Positions 24,252 to 36,984 of a DNA stretch of 64,000 bases are shown piece after piece. Below the pieces are notes generated by a model that saw nothing but the letters and a program-made list of their open reading frames with translations, was not told the origin of the DNA and did no database searches. The translations under genes were made by a program, and so were the position numbers. The DNA is from Mytilus edulis (taxonomy: Eukaryota). The DNA is taken from positions 29,574,001 to 29,638,000 of the forward strand of contig NC_092353.1 in the NCBI RefSeq assembly GCF_963676685.1. Reading direction: 5' to 3'. Every line of letters begins with the position of its first letter. Positions within the stretch are counted from its first letter, which is position 1.

Positions 24252-24423
24252 ATGTATATGTTTTGTCTTCTTTTTTGTATGTCTTCTGCTTATCAAATTA
24301 TAGTGTCAGATAAGGATCTTTGTAAGACCGTTACAAATGATATAAAAAGTTTGGAGAGAAAGATGGATAAACAATTTGACAAAGTGGTGATGACACTTCA
24401 ACTGAGTATAGAAAATAAATGCA
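24252..24423 (+). CDS. F-type lectin (fucolectin-like) gene, coding exon 1: signal peptide plus short helical/coiled-coil stalk
   Basis: ATG at 24252 gives MYMFCLLFCMSSAYQIIVSDKDLCKTVTNDIKSLERKMDKQFDKVVMTLQLSIENKC. Hydrophobic N-terminus; phase-1 donor A|GTAAGG at 24424; upstream acceptor (pyrimidine tract + AG, 24221-24222) implies a 5' UTR intron. Confidence 0.8.
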
Positions 24424-25026
24424 GTAAGGATATGTTTATATTTATATATATATCATTTATATGAGTATGGTAAAATTATTTGCTCATGTATGGATAAAAA
24501 TTATATAATCAGAAAATGAAGTTAGTTTTGCTGAAAATAATATTTTCAAACTCTAAGTTTAATGGCTTCCTTATAAGCTGCAGTAATCCATCAAAGAAAT
24601 TATGATAAGACATAGAAACTCTGGATATTGCCACTTTCTTTATTATATTGCATTTAAATTGTGAGTATAGTTTCGTTAATTTTCCAATTGTTTATATTAA
24701 ATTATTTATTACATCTGATGTTGGATCTCCATGTCCTGCTAACGCTTCCTTTGGAGTTCATGCCATTTCTACAGGACATTTCTCTTGTCCAGTATTTGGA
24801 TATACAAGTTTAAAAATGTGATTGCTAATGGTGCCTCGTATATTCATTGACATCAAAAACATCGCAACCATTTTTAAAATTAATTATTAGTAAAATTGAA
24901 AGTGTGGTTCACGTTTGTGTTATCGGACATTATATGACTAAAATATTGGCATTAATGAACATGAAATTGTCAAAGCATATGATGCCTCATCCAATGAAAC
25001 ATCGAAATGATTTATCAAAAACCGAC

Positions 25027-25432
25027 TAAAATTGAAAATGGTAATGGGGAATGAGTCAAAGAGACGAAAACCCGACCATAGAACAGACAACAGCTGCAGG
25101 CCACAAATAGGTCTTCAATGCAGCGATAAACTCCTGCATCCTGAAGAGTCCTTCAGCTGGCCCCTAAACACATATGTTTCTAGTTGAGTGATAATGGACG
25201 TCATACTAATTACTAACTCCGAATTATACACAAGAAACTCAAATTAAAAATCATACAAGACTTACAAAGGCCAGAGTCTCCTGACTTGGGACAGGTGCAA
25301 AAATGCGGCAGTTTTAAACTTGTTTATGAGATCTCAACCCTCCCTTATACCTCTAGCCAATGTAAAAAACGCACGACAATACGCATAGTAAAACTCAGTT
25401 TAAGAGAAGTCCGAGTCCAGTGTCAGAATATG
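25027..25432 (-). mobile_element. Interspersed short repeat family C inside the lectin intron (other copies 30134-30226, 53778-54152)
   Basis: aaaattga(g/a)aatgg..atg(g/t)ggaatg.gtcaaagagac.acaacccga is shared by three loci. Confidence 0.85.
25269..25358 (-). ncRNA. Candidate type-P5 twister ribozyme, family C (P2 mutated in this copy)
   Basis: RNA GGCUAGAG guauaagg GAGGG [uugagaucucauaaacaaguu] UAA aacu GCC GCA uuuu UGC a CCUG UCCCAAGU CAGG aga CUCUGGCC. Closing P5 is GGCUAGAG/CUCUGGCC. Confidence 0.6.
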
Positions 25433-25498
25433 TAAACTTTTTTAATTGTTGAATTCATATTTTTGTTTAAAACCTGTCTAATCAATTCATTTTTTCAG

Positions 25499-25714
25499 AA
25501 ACCATAGGACCTTTATATGAAGTAGCAAAGGGAAAAGTAGCAAAGCAAAGTTTAGTATATGCGTATAAAAGTTTTCCTGCTGATTTGGCCCTTGATGGAA
25601 ATACTGGTACTTATTCTCACACCAATGGCCAAAGAAATCCGTCTTGGTGGGTAGATTTAGGAAGACTGTTTAGTGTTGTACGGATTGAAGTGTATAGCCG
25701 AACGCAGTGTTGTG
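25499..25714 (+). CDS. F-type lectin gene, coding exon 2 (N-terminal half of F-type lectin/F5-8 type C domain)
   Basis: Acceptor TTTTTCAG ends 25498. Reads (K)TIGPLYEVAKGKVAKQSLVYAYKSFPADLALDGNTGTYSHTNGQRNPSWWVDLGRLFSVVRIEVYSRTQCC(G), with family motifs VAxGKxAxQS, AxDGN, SHT, PWWxVDLG-like and RxxCC. Donor G|GTAAGT at 25715; phase 1-1 consistent. Confidence 0.92.
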
Positions 25715-26384
25715 GTAAGTTCTCATGGTAACAAAATTAATGAAACCAGGCAATGATTTTAGACGTAATATTTTAACAAAAACAATTTTGCAATTTCATG
25801 AAAAATATTTTAGGTTTAGAATTTGTATAAACATAAATGATACTTGCACAATAAATTTACAGATTATGATGAATGCTAGTTATTCATTCGTACAAATTCA
25901 ATGGAAGTTAAACATCATTATATTGCAAGAACAAATAAGATAATTTTGTGTGGCTAAAACACGTTCCGCACATGAAGAGATTTCGTCGACACTTTCAAAA
26001 TATCTGTTTTCAGCTTAGGTCATGAAACGAAACGAATTATCATGTTTTCTTTGATTTGGAAAAATTCCAATCGCATTATTCTATAAATACTGTAGATTAC
26101 CAAAATGGTAATTGGAGAAAAATTTTTATGTAACAAACTATTTCTTTTATCTACATGTATAAGAAAAACAGAACTTTACGTACGGTATGAGCTAGATCTC
26201 TACTTCCCCTATTTGTTTTATTGTGTGTTAGGCTACTGTACGTGACATATTACCCATACCATTCTTTTTTTATTATGAGAAGATGTTATTTAAAGGGGAA
26301 ATATTGTGGGGAAAATATGATTAACTATCATCTAGTAATCGTCTTCCAATTTAATAATTTATATTAATATGAATGTATTTCTAG

Positions 26385-26596
26385 GTTCATATCTTCACTA
26401 CATGGACGTTACTGTTGGACTATCCCTTAACAACATGTTTTTATGCACCCACTATAAAGGTCCTACAAAAACAGGCGAACATTTCGTCTTAGAATGCAAA
26501 ACTACCATGATTGGGCGGTTCGTGAAATTGTCCATAGTTGGTAGCGGTATTATGCAGTTGGCAGAATTAAAAGTGTTTGAGTATTATCACAACTAA
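26385..26596 (+). CDS. F-type lectin gene, coding exon 3 (C-terminal half of domain, stop TAA)
   Basis: Acceptor TTTCTAG ends 26384. Reads (G)SYLHYMDVTVGLSLNNMFLCTHYKGPTKTGEHFVLECKTTMIGRFVKLSIVGSGIMQLAELKVFEYYHN*, with GRFVKL and LAELKVF matching the family GRYV / LCEVEV motifs. Exons sum to 172+216+212 = 600 nt = 199 aa + stop. Confidence 0.92.
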
Positions 26597-26612
26597 TAAA
26601 GTACTAAATAAA
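26595..26612 (+). terminator. Polyadenylation signals (two AATAAA) immediately after the lectin stop codon
   Basis: AATAAA at 26595-26600 (overlapping the stop) and 26607-26612, followed by T/GT-rich sequence. Confidence 0.55.
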
Positions 26613-29600
26613 ATACTAACATTTATTCGATTTATTATAACAAACTTGCTTTCAGTCGGAAACGTGTTCAGAAAAGTTTTTTCTTATTCGGTTTTGGTCC
26701 AGCAAAAGTTTATTGTGTGCTTTAGTGTGTGAGAGAAGCCTTAGAGAGTGCCAAAGAGGAAATATTTATCACAGATTGGTGGTAAGTGTATTGTGTGCTT
26801 TAGTGTGTGATAGTGTGCAATAGTTAGATCTCATCATGAAGTATTACGAATAGGCTACGTAGGATTTCATCATTCCCTTTGAAAGTTTTATCAATCTAAA
26901 ACAATTTCTTTTATGTGTATTTCACTTCAAAATAAATACAGATAGAATCGATTGATAATGACAAAATGTACAGGAAGAGATGATAATGTTAATAAACATA
27001 ACATAAATAATTATTTTGTTAACAACTCTTATTAGAGTTATTTCCCTTGAATTGTTATACAAAATTATTTGAAAAATATGTATTTCGAGAACCCAAAGTT
27101 TTGTAGATATAAAACCTTCACCAATAATCTTCAGTTCATGTGACATATAATTTCAAGACAATTTTAAATGATCACTGAGTGTTATATAACTGCATTCGAC
27201 GTTTTAGGCGTGTCGGAATAGACGACAAATCTTTGGTTTGGTGACCGGTGACGTTTTCTGTAGTTGTTAAATTCATTGCCATTGATGACTATCTTCTCGT
27301 TAGATCTTGTTTTATATCATTATCACGTCAAGTTACAATTATGAAGATAAAATTATAACCTTACACATTGATCATACATAACATCGATTGTTGTCCTTGA
27401 AATGCTATTCTGATAATATAAAATGTTAGTCTGGTATGATTTCAATTACTCTGAATCAAACATGGATAGATACAAATTGTACAGTTGATTTTGACATGAT
27501 ATTGAGCGAAGTAATCAAGAACAATGTAATTTATATTCAAATCTCAAGTCACTTATAAATAAAACGGTTTTCACAGTTTCGTCAAAACTGATTTTTTATC
27601 TGTTGGATTGTTTTACGGAATTAATCGCCTTTCGGTACGTTAATTGTATTACTTCTGTCATAGGAAACCAAATCGCAATTGTCACATCAATAAGGCTGCG
27701 AGAACAAGATTTAGTTATTATTTTATACATAGAATGTGTTATAAGAGATTTGTCAATAACTATGTCGGTTTACCAATATTACATTAATAAAGAGTTGACA
27801 AGTTTTGAAGCCAACGAACGCATAAAACAATAGTACAATTTTCAAATAGCATTAAAACCAATGAGTGCATATAAAAAGAGAATGACACGTTTCAAATACC
27901 AAAAATGAAACAGGAAAACAAAAGATGCATACTACAAAAACATTTTGAAATTATAAATAATCAAATAGAAAGGTTTGTTCCGGAAAAGGATTCTAATAGT
28001 GTAATTTGAAATTCAAGATAGCAAATAATAACTGCAAGACAAGTATTGTAAGAAAAGTTGTTGGTTGAATGTCATCCAAACAGAAACAACATATGATATC
28101 ATTAGTAGCATACAGATAAAGAGAACTTGAAGTTAAAATAAAAAGAGCGCTCAGAGAGCTACTGAGTTTATCACCCTTAAAATAATTGGCACTTAAGTAC
28201 AAATTGTTATTTAGGTTTATGCCATCATTGATACATAGTTTGTTTAGACAAAGCAGTGAGACTCCGTTTCAATTAGCGATTTAGATACATTATGTTTCAA
28301 ACTCAGCGTACTTAAACAGACATCTTCAAATGACTGTCAACTAAACTATTTATTACACATTAATTGGACTGTTTGTTCACGTTTCCATCGGTTGGCAATG
28401 TTCCAAATGGTTTCCTGGTAGACTCGCAAAATCAAGACTTCAAAATAACAAAGATTTATTGAAAATGAAAAAAAAAGAGTTGTGCTATAAAGTAAAATAA
28501 CGGACAACAAAAAGACAGATATAACCAAAACGTAAAATTAAAAAAAAAAACGAACTAAAAGGAAATTTCAAAAAGGAAAGCCCTTTATCAAATGGCAAAA
28601 TCAAAAGCTCAAACTCATCAAACAAATGAAAAACAACTGTCATATTCTTAACTTGATACAGACAATTCCTTATGTAAAAAATGGTGGTTTTATACCAACT
28701 AAACCTGTCACTTGCATGACAGTCCTATTGCATTCCCTGATATTGACAACGATGCGTCAGCAAAACGAAAACAATAACAATAGAGATAAAGATGTCAAAA
28801 AAATTTGGGATATACCAGTCATCATTGTATGATAATCATATTCACAATAAAACAAATAGCTATTTAAACAAAGAAATATAAAATGGTATATAAACACTTT
28901 ATAGACTATCGAACACTGTTCTATGACCTTCAATAATATGCAAACCCATATATTCAGCTATAAAAGCCCCCAACATTGTGAAAAATGATGAACAAATCTA
29001 GAATGACCTGATTTTTTGCTGAAAACTATTAACGAAAAACAAATATGAAAGAAAGCAAGCTCCTAAAACTAATAACTTTCATGTCTTAACATGTTTGTTA
29101 ACTCTAAAAAAATAATTCGGGAAAAATTTTGAAAATAGTAGTTTGAAAACATTTTAAACTCCCATGTTTTAAAAAAAGCTAACAGGAAAATATAAAAGCT
29201 TTATGACTAGTTTAAAAACTTTGGATACCATTAAAACATTTAATCCCGCTGCAATTGTTTGCACCTGTTCTAAGTCAGGAATTTGATGTTCAGCAGTATT
29301 CGTTTGTTGACGTGGTTCATAAGGATTTCTCGTTTTTTATATAGATTAGACTGTTGATTTTCCCGTTTGACACTAGTAATTTTTGGGGCCCTTTATAGCT
29401 TGCTGTTCGGTGTGAGCCAAGGATCCGTGTTGAAGACCGTTCCTTGACCTATAATGGTTTACTTTTATAAATTCTGACTTGGATGGAGAGTTGTCTCATT
29501 GGCACTTATACAACATCTTCTTATATCTATCAAATACATTTTATTGTGGAAGACAAACCAACATATGACGAAAATTATACAAAATTTCGAAATGTACGCT

Positions 29601-30864
29601 CCAAAAAATGTACTTATATAGTAACGATGTGACGGTATATGTTTAATTTAACAACTACGAGTAAACAGAAAGATCCCAAATTCATGTTTGTGGATGAGAT
29701 AACTTCAAAGAGGACTAATGTAGCAATATTATTCATTGCTTTCTATGAGCTTCAGACATGCAAATGTGATGTAAGATAGACTTTATATTGTCATAATTGC
29801 TATATCCTTACATAATTCGTTTAATGCTTGATAATTTTGTACTGATGAGTTTGAAAATCCTGTATTACATAATGCTTTTGATAATAAAATAAGAAAAAGC
29901 AATGAATGTTATCAACTGGTGTAAAATGACTTTGATTAGGGACTTTCCTTTCTGAATTTTCCTCGGAGTTCAGGTTTTTTGTGATTTTACTTTTTAGACC
30001 CATTTTTGTCGGTATCTGACAATTCATATAGAAACATAGGCAATTTCTTATATATTTGGTCCTACAGTCATGACTTATATGACTTTTATATACATGTATT
30101 TTATGACTAATTCTTCTAATTACTGCTCATCCATAAAATTGAGAATGTAAATGGTGAATGTGTCAAAGAGACAACAACCCGATCATAGAGCAGACAACAG
30201 CCGAAGGCCCCTAATGGGTCTTCAACCAGTCTACATCAATCTCAAGTTTAACTTATTTGCTTAATAAATTCAAGTCAACAGACTAAATTGTACTTTATTA
30301 TAAATCTCAACTGGACATATTTGTCTGAGATGTACTAAACACAAGTGAAGTTTGAACCAATCATGGTTGTGTAAATGCATATTCTAATATGACATGCTTC
30401 TTTCGCTTTGTAAACAACACCGTAATAAAATTCTCGATATATCTATACTTAGCGCACTTTCAGAGATATACATAAAAATGGATGTTACAATATACCTCCC
30501 ATGTAAATCCACATGCATCGGAACCTATTTGTAAACGCTATGCCGATTTTACTGTTTTAAAAATTGCTAATGAAAAATACTACGGAAGTTTAATTCTGAA
30601 TTGGATGCATATCAATAATATTATTTGCAAAAGAACTCGGAGAAATCTACAAAATCAGAATAAAATAAAATTCCGCGAAAGTCCATCAATGCTTTTGGCG
30701 CATTTCAGTCATTTCAGAACATGACGTCATACAAATTTAAACGCTTAAGCTGTATGTTTTCCGTTACGCAAACCATCGAAATTCGTATAATATTACATTA
30801 AAATGGATTTTTGAGGTAGGTTTTGTTTTATTTTCAATTCTATTACATTATTCTCATATTTACT

Positions 30865-31127
30865 GGTTTCAACAGCCCAGTAGTCAGCACTCCGGTGTTG
30901 ACATGAATATCAATAATGTACTTGTTTTGCTTTATAAATATTTTGATATGTTATAGCTTAGTCGTATTTAGCACAACTTTTTGGAATTTTGGATCCTCAA
31001 TGCTCTTAAACTTTGAACTTGTTTTGCTTTATAAATATTTTGATATGAGCGTCACTGATGAGACTTATGTAGACGAAACGCGCGTCTGGCGTACTAAATT
31101 ATAATTCTGGTACCTTTGATAACTATT
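30865..31127 (+). mobile_element. 5'-truncated, internally rearranged hammerhead retrozyme copy
   Basis: Reverse-complement homology to 23125-23432; ends ...tacctttgataactatt. Confidence 0.88.
31049..31092 (+). ncRNA. Type I hammerhead ribozyme (core intact, one stem II mismatch)
   Basis: GCGUCA CUGAUGA GACU uaugu AGAC GAAACGCGCGUC UGGCGU. Confidence 0.85.
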
Positions 31128-33815
31128 CAGCAAGTCAAAATAGCGGCTCCTTAGTTTAGAACTTTGGATTCGACAGTAGCTTACGAGAAAATCATGGAAA
31201 TTAGAAATAGCAAATGTTTAGTTTGATAATTAAAAGAAGTAAGCAATTTTTTTCAAGTGGTGATTTACGAAATAATTCATGCAAACAACATATTTATACG
31301 AGAGTTTTAAATTCATCTAACAGGGAGTAAAAGTTTTTCAATTACCGTATTTGTTCTATTAGAATCGAAATAATTCATGGAAACAGTAACGCTCAGGATA
31401 AAATTCAAATATCACGGCCCAGGCCATGTGTAAATTTTCGACAAATCTATGGCTTCCGTGAAATATTTCTTAATTAACAATTACAGAATCACTTGTTTTT
31501 GATAAATAGCAAGGTTCAAATTTTAAGTCTCTATCGATTGCTATTCAGAATCGAGTACAGTTTTCATTAGAGTACTTTAGTATATAGAATAACGTTCAAA
31601 ACATAGTCGAGTACCATGGTTTAAACATGAATAAAATACCATAATCAGATTTGAATCAAGTACAGTTAACTAACAAAATTTAAGATATACCAGTAATTAG
31701 TGTTTACAGCAATGTGATGTCTAGCGACAGATAGATGTTTCGCCCAATCCGACTGCATCATTCTTGTCGACAAATGGCACCACTTACTTTACTTCGAAAG
31801 TATAAGAAATGACATGGGGACAGACTCAGGGCACGATCTGCACATGGAAACTGTTTATTTACATATTCTTCATTTACTTGTAATCATCTTTAAAAAAAAG
31901 ACACTTCTTGACTTGAGTGGATGCAGCCATTTATAATCTCAACCAATGAAACTTATTATCTCGATGATTCGACATGCTGTCTTAATCTTACAATGGTGAA
32001 GAGATTGACCAGATCACAAACCATGCCTACAATGTACAGATGGACTGAGAAACCAATAGGAAAGTCAAATAAAAAAGAATCACGGAATCTTCAATAAAAT
32101 GACAAAATCAAAAGCTTAAACACATCAAACAAATGTATAATGATCGTCACATTCCTGACTTAGTACAGACATTTTCTTATGTAGAAAATGGTGAATTAAT
32201 CCGGGTTTTGTAGTTAGTTTTAAAAACCTCTCACTCATATGACAGTCGCATTAAATTCCATCATATTGACAACGATGAGCGAACAATACAAACAGACATT
32301 ATAGGTAAAAATAGTGTTACACCAGTCATCATTGTGTTATACTATCCATAATCACTCTTAAACTCTTAAAAGCAAAACAAAACAAAAAAACAGACAAAGC
32401 ACATTCGCAAAAACGAAAGACAAGATTAGAAAAACTTAACACAGCACAATAACTGAATTACGGGATGTAGAAATACCGAGCCACCTAGAATCAATTCTTT
32501 CAGACCATCGTGAATTATTTGTGAAGAAAATTTATAAACGATCTACCTTTTAGAAAAAGGACAAGACGTCGATAATTTTTCGCGATTTATTTGGTAAATA
32601 AAGTGTATATATATTATGTTAAACGGCAATGTAAAAGTATGATACTAGTAAAAAATTGAACTTTTTATACCACTGAAAATACGTAACTTATCGTTTTCAA
32701 ACTAGTTCATGTATATTTCTACGGTTCAAGTAAGGATTTCAATAACTTCTTGAAAATCTATATTTACTGTTAGTCTTATAGTCGTTGTAGTTATCTATAA
32801 ATATATATTTGACGATTTCTATCTCTATTTTTGAAGAATCTATGTAGCATTAAATAGCTCTCAATCTGCTGATATATTCATAAGTTGCAGTTATTTTGAT
32901 GGCAATCTTTCAGTTATAGACTGATGGTAATCAGAATCAAAATAATGACAAGGCCGCTCACTAAGTATTGTATTCCAATGAAAACATATCCTATGCTTAA
33001 TTAAAAAAATCTCTTGGAAATAATTCATGTATTTTATATATCAAATGTTTAAATTTTACTTTTAGTAGAAAACGGACACGAGGCCCATCAAATATTACTT
33101 TATAGTAGCTTTTTATCACAAAAATGTCACTGTGAATACCAATAACATTACTTTGAAATTTACCACCGATGGCAATAATTTTCTTTGGCAAAATATTTCA
33201 TAATGCATTTTTTGTGCAATTTACATTGCCAACAAATGATTGCCTTAAGATGGCAGTAGTGTTCAATTTTATAAACTTGTTAGACAGTTACACTTACCAG
33301 TTTTGTACTAAATTGTGACCCATTTTATTATAACGAACATTTAGTTAGAACCTTTTTGTCGTATTTTTTTTCAACTTTTAAAAACTAGTAAAACTGCATT
33401 CAGCTTTGAAGGTTGCTGAAACGAAAACTGCTGTTTCTATAATATCCGGCACCATTAACTTACTAGGAAGTTATTTGAACTGAACTATAGATTTGTCTTT
33501 GATTACGTTTTGCCTACTTGACGTGTTGTATATCGAAATCGTGTTTATGCATACTTATGCCAACAAGATGCACATGACTCACGATTATCTTAGACTTTTA
33601 TGTTTGTGAACTACCGTAATGTCTATTCCTACGCATAAATCGAGATGGTTTACATGTTGTTCTGAAATCATCTTCCCATTTGACTTTTGTTTTTAATATA
33701 CACAACAATGTATGGTTCGAAATAAAGTGAATAATTATGTCGTCAACAATGTTAATGAAAACAAAGTAAAAGCTCGATTAAACCTTAGCAAAACATAAGT
33801 ATTTTAATGATTTAA

Positions 33816-34201
33816 GAAGTTCGCTTGTCATGTTTGGGATTTTGTCAGATTTTTGGAATCCTCTGGTTCTATCCATTTGAATGCCTTTAAAAAATTGGCC
33901 CATTGACCCCCGTTTTTCTTTTTATAAATCTTTTATATTTATAATGATAATCCATCTGTAAAAGTCTTTTAAAATTCAAATTATTTTAAATATGTTTTTA
34001 GGACTTACACTTGTCACTGATAAAGCTATGACAAGTCAAGAGAGAATATTTTCCCGCCAAAATTTCAATGCCTAATATCTCGAAAACAGGCACATTGACC
34101 TATATATTGTATTTGCTCTTTTGATTTCTTTATTAATCCCCTATCAATATAAACTAGTGTTTTGAAAAGTTAATTATTTTAAAACTGAGAAGCGAACTCC
34201 T
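33816..34201. mobile_element. Non-autonomous TIR element with TTAA flanks (Kolobok-like)
   Basis: ttaa-gaagttcgctt ... aagcgaactcct-ttaa; no ORF. Confidence 0.7.
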
Positions 34202-35436
34202 TTAATGCCTCTATTCTGTAATTCTATTGAGTTTTAAAAGCGTTGACCATTGACACAATTTAAGCATGACGAGTATCATAGCTCCATACAAATAATGCTC
34301 CAGTCACTACACTAAACAATTGATTAAAGAAACCTCAAATTGTCAAATGAAAGTATGTGTTATTAGCTTGTATAGATGATGCATTTATTAAGCAATGTCT
34401 CCAAATGACCAACATACTGTATAATTATGCCCAAATAAGGAAATACAATTGAAAACTCCTCTCAAATGCTTTATTGCTTAGGCTACATATAGTTCTGACA
34501 GTCAATAGCTACATATGGCCACGCTAGCTCATCAATTTTTAGAACAAAGTTAGCTTTAAAGGCTTCGTGTTTAAAACATAAAAATGAAACCAGAAAGACA
34601 ATGTTGAATCAAGGCAACACGTTGAAGCCTGATTGCATAAACAAACCTCTGCACATGTATTTAATTTAGATTTGTAGACAATGTCGCCTATAACAGACGC
34701 ATTAGCCACGCTCGAATCAACAAGGTGCAAAATTAAGTACGCGTTGTAGAGCATAAAGGACTATTTTTTTTCAGAAGGTTTTGTCAATACATTTAGGTAA
34801 TATAATCAGTATATCATATAACTAGTTAAATACGTTTTCTCTAATCTAAAAACATAACAATAAAGAGTAAATATAATCAAATTGATTTCAAAGTATATAT
34901 AATTCTTGCAATAGAATACGTTTTAATACCCCGAAAATTATGTAACTTGACATTAAGATCTCTTAAACCATCACTATGCAATGTTGATTATCGATTTAAC
35001 ATGCGTGGTTTCTATTTTGGTTCTGAACATCTCATGTTATATATCCAATATCTGTTACATTCTTACAATTTATTTAATCAGCATGATATTACATAACTGA
35101 TTAAATCACCTTACAGCACAAACCATTGTTAAAAGGAATAAAATTAAATCCAATCAAAAGTTAAATTACAAAAATTCCGAACTCTGAGGATAATTCTTAA
35201 CGGAAAGGTCGTAAGTAAATGCCAAAATCAGAAGGTCATGCACATCAAACGAATAGAAAACAATTTTCATATTCCTGACTTGGTACAGGCACTACATGAT
35301 TAAAATATAAACATTTATTTTACTTTTCCTCTTAATATAATAAGTAATGTGACTTTTTTCAGTTTTCGATGAGTTTAAATTACTTTCATGAGTTTTCTAA
35401 AAAATCTTCGGAAAGTGTCTAGCAAACGGGACAAAG

Positions 35437-36356
35437 AGAGAGGGACGAAAGATACCAAAGGGACAGTCAAACTCATAAATCTAAAACAAACTGACAACGC
35501 CATGGCTAAAAATGAAAAAGACAAACAGAAAAACAATAGTACACATGACACAACATAGAAAACTAAAGAATAAACAACACGAACCCCACCAAAAACTAGG
35601 GGTGATCTCAGGTGCTCCGGAAGGGTAAGCAGATCCTGCTCCACATGCGGCACCCGTCGTGTTGCTTATGTGATTACAAATCCGGTAAATAGTCTAATTC
35701 GGTAGGTCAAATTCATGAAAGGGAAGGGGATTGTAGTTACGACGTGAGGAACATAATATCCGATATCATTTGTGAAATGGTTATTCCATAACGGTCAACC
35801 AACTCGTGATGGCGTCCGTAAAATTTACGAAGGGATGATTTCAACTTCACCATTTGGAACTCTTGATTTAATAGCTTCCTTGTGAGCAGTAACCCTCTAT
35901 CAAGAAAATCATGATAGGAAATGCAAGCACGGGAATATCGTATCAATTGAGAGATATATACCCCGTATGCAGGTGCTGCTGGAATGTTGCTACTTAGAAA
36001 TGGAAAGTTCACAATTGGAAAGCTGAAATCATCTCTTTTGTCGTAAAGTTTTGTCTTCAACCGACCCTCATTGTCAATTTCTAGATGTAAGTCAAGATAT
36101 GAAGCTGACTTAACTGTATCTGTAGTATCCTTTATCTCCAATTCGATGGGATAGATGCGTTCCACATAGTCACCAAATTTTGAATTGTTTAGTGAAAGAA
36201 CGTCATCTATATAGCGGAAAGTAGAGTTAAAGGATATTGCTAACTTCTTATCTTTCTTCCTAAGAAGTTCCTGCATGAAGTCAGCCTCATAATAATAAAG
36301 AAACAAGTCAGCAAGTAGAGGGGCACAGTTTGTTCCCATTGGTATGCCGACAGTCT
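35437..36356 (-). mobile_element. 5'-truncated Penelope-like retroelement (RT C-terminal half plus 3' UTR) with 6-bp TSD
   Basis: Begins TVGIPMGTNCAPLLADLFL, contains FRYIDD, YLDL, LYDKRDDF and SNIP..PAYGVYISQLIRYSRAC (PLE RT motifs). No C-terminal GIY-YIG before the stop, consistent with the N-terminal-endonuclease (Naiad/Chlamys-like) PLE clade. Flanked by ACAAAG at 35431-35436 and 36357-36362. Confidence 0.9.
35737..36356 (-). pseudogene. Truncated PLE reverse transcriptase ORF (motifs B'-E and thumb)
   Basis: Uninterrupted ~200-aa frame with YIDD catalytic motif; N-terminal RT motifs and endonuclease are missing. Confidence 0.88.
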
Positions 36357-36984
36357 ACAAAGCATCGTCTTATTAAAAAAACGTATTTCATTATTGATTA
36401 TTGAGAAGTGAAATATCGGATGTTTCTTTCGTCACTAATCCGGTTATGTCCCTAGATATGTTTCTAAATAATTTGCATACTTTTTATTTACTTTTAACAA
36501 TATTTCTTTCAAGAGTTCATCCTTGTGTAAAATTTTATTGAGTGACATATATTCAAGTTTTATACTTTCGAATTTAAAAGACGAATTGTCACATACACGA
36601 AAATATCTATATCTGTTGATTAACGGATCTAAAAAGATAATAGCAACCAGGTCGATAAAAAATGTTAACGATCGTGTTTTATCTTACAATGTACTGTATA
36701 TATCTTAATAAAATGGAATGCATTTGCATGGACGGAAAATCAGAACTTTATTGTCAAAAAATGCATTAAAACCGAAAATAATAATCATTTAAAATATGAT
36801 CGGCTGTATATTCTACACAGTGCGTTTCTTGGTTAACTTGTATAAGACTCATTTAATAAAGCTGTCATGCAATAGCTGTTTTTGTATTGGCCCTGGTGTA
36901 AGGCATCAACTAGCTACATTAATTCTAAAAAAATTAAAAAAAAAACCTTCAGGAACGAAAAAACAATGATAGATACACGTCTAA

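Noticed and set aside
24424-24464. 3' extension of ORF 24252-24464 and the ATG at 26369
   Set aside because: Intronic read-through; the splice sites at 24423/24424 and 26384/26385 give the continuous lectin frame.
35375-35653. ORFs at 35375, 47173, 61463, 16502, 63686, 23242, 30916, 49256 and 28626
   Set aside because: All are chance frames within the non-coding repeat families described above.
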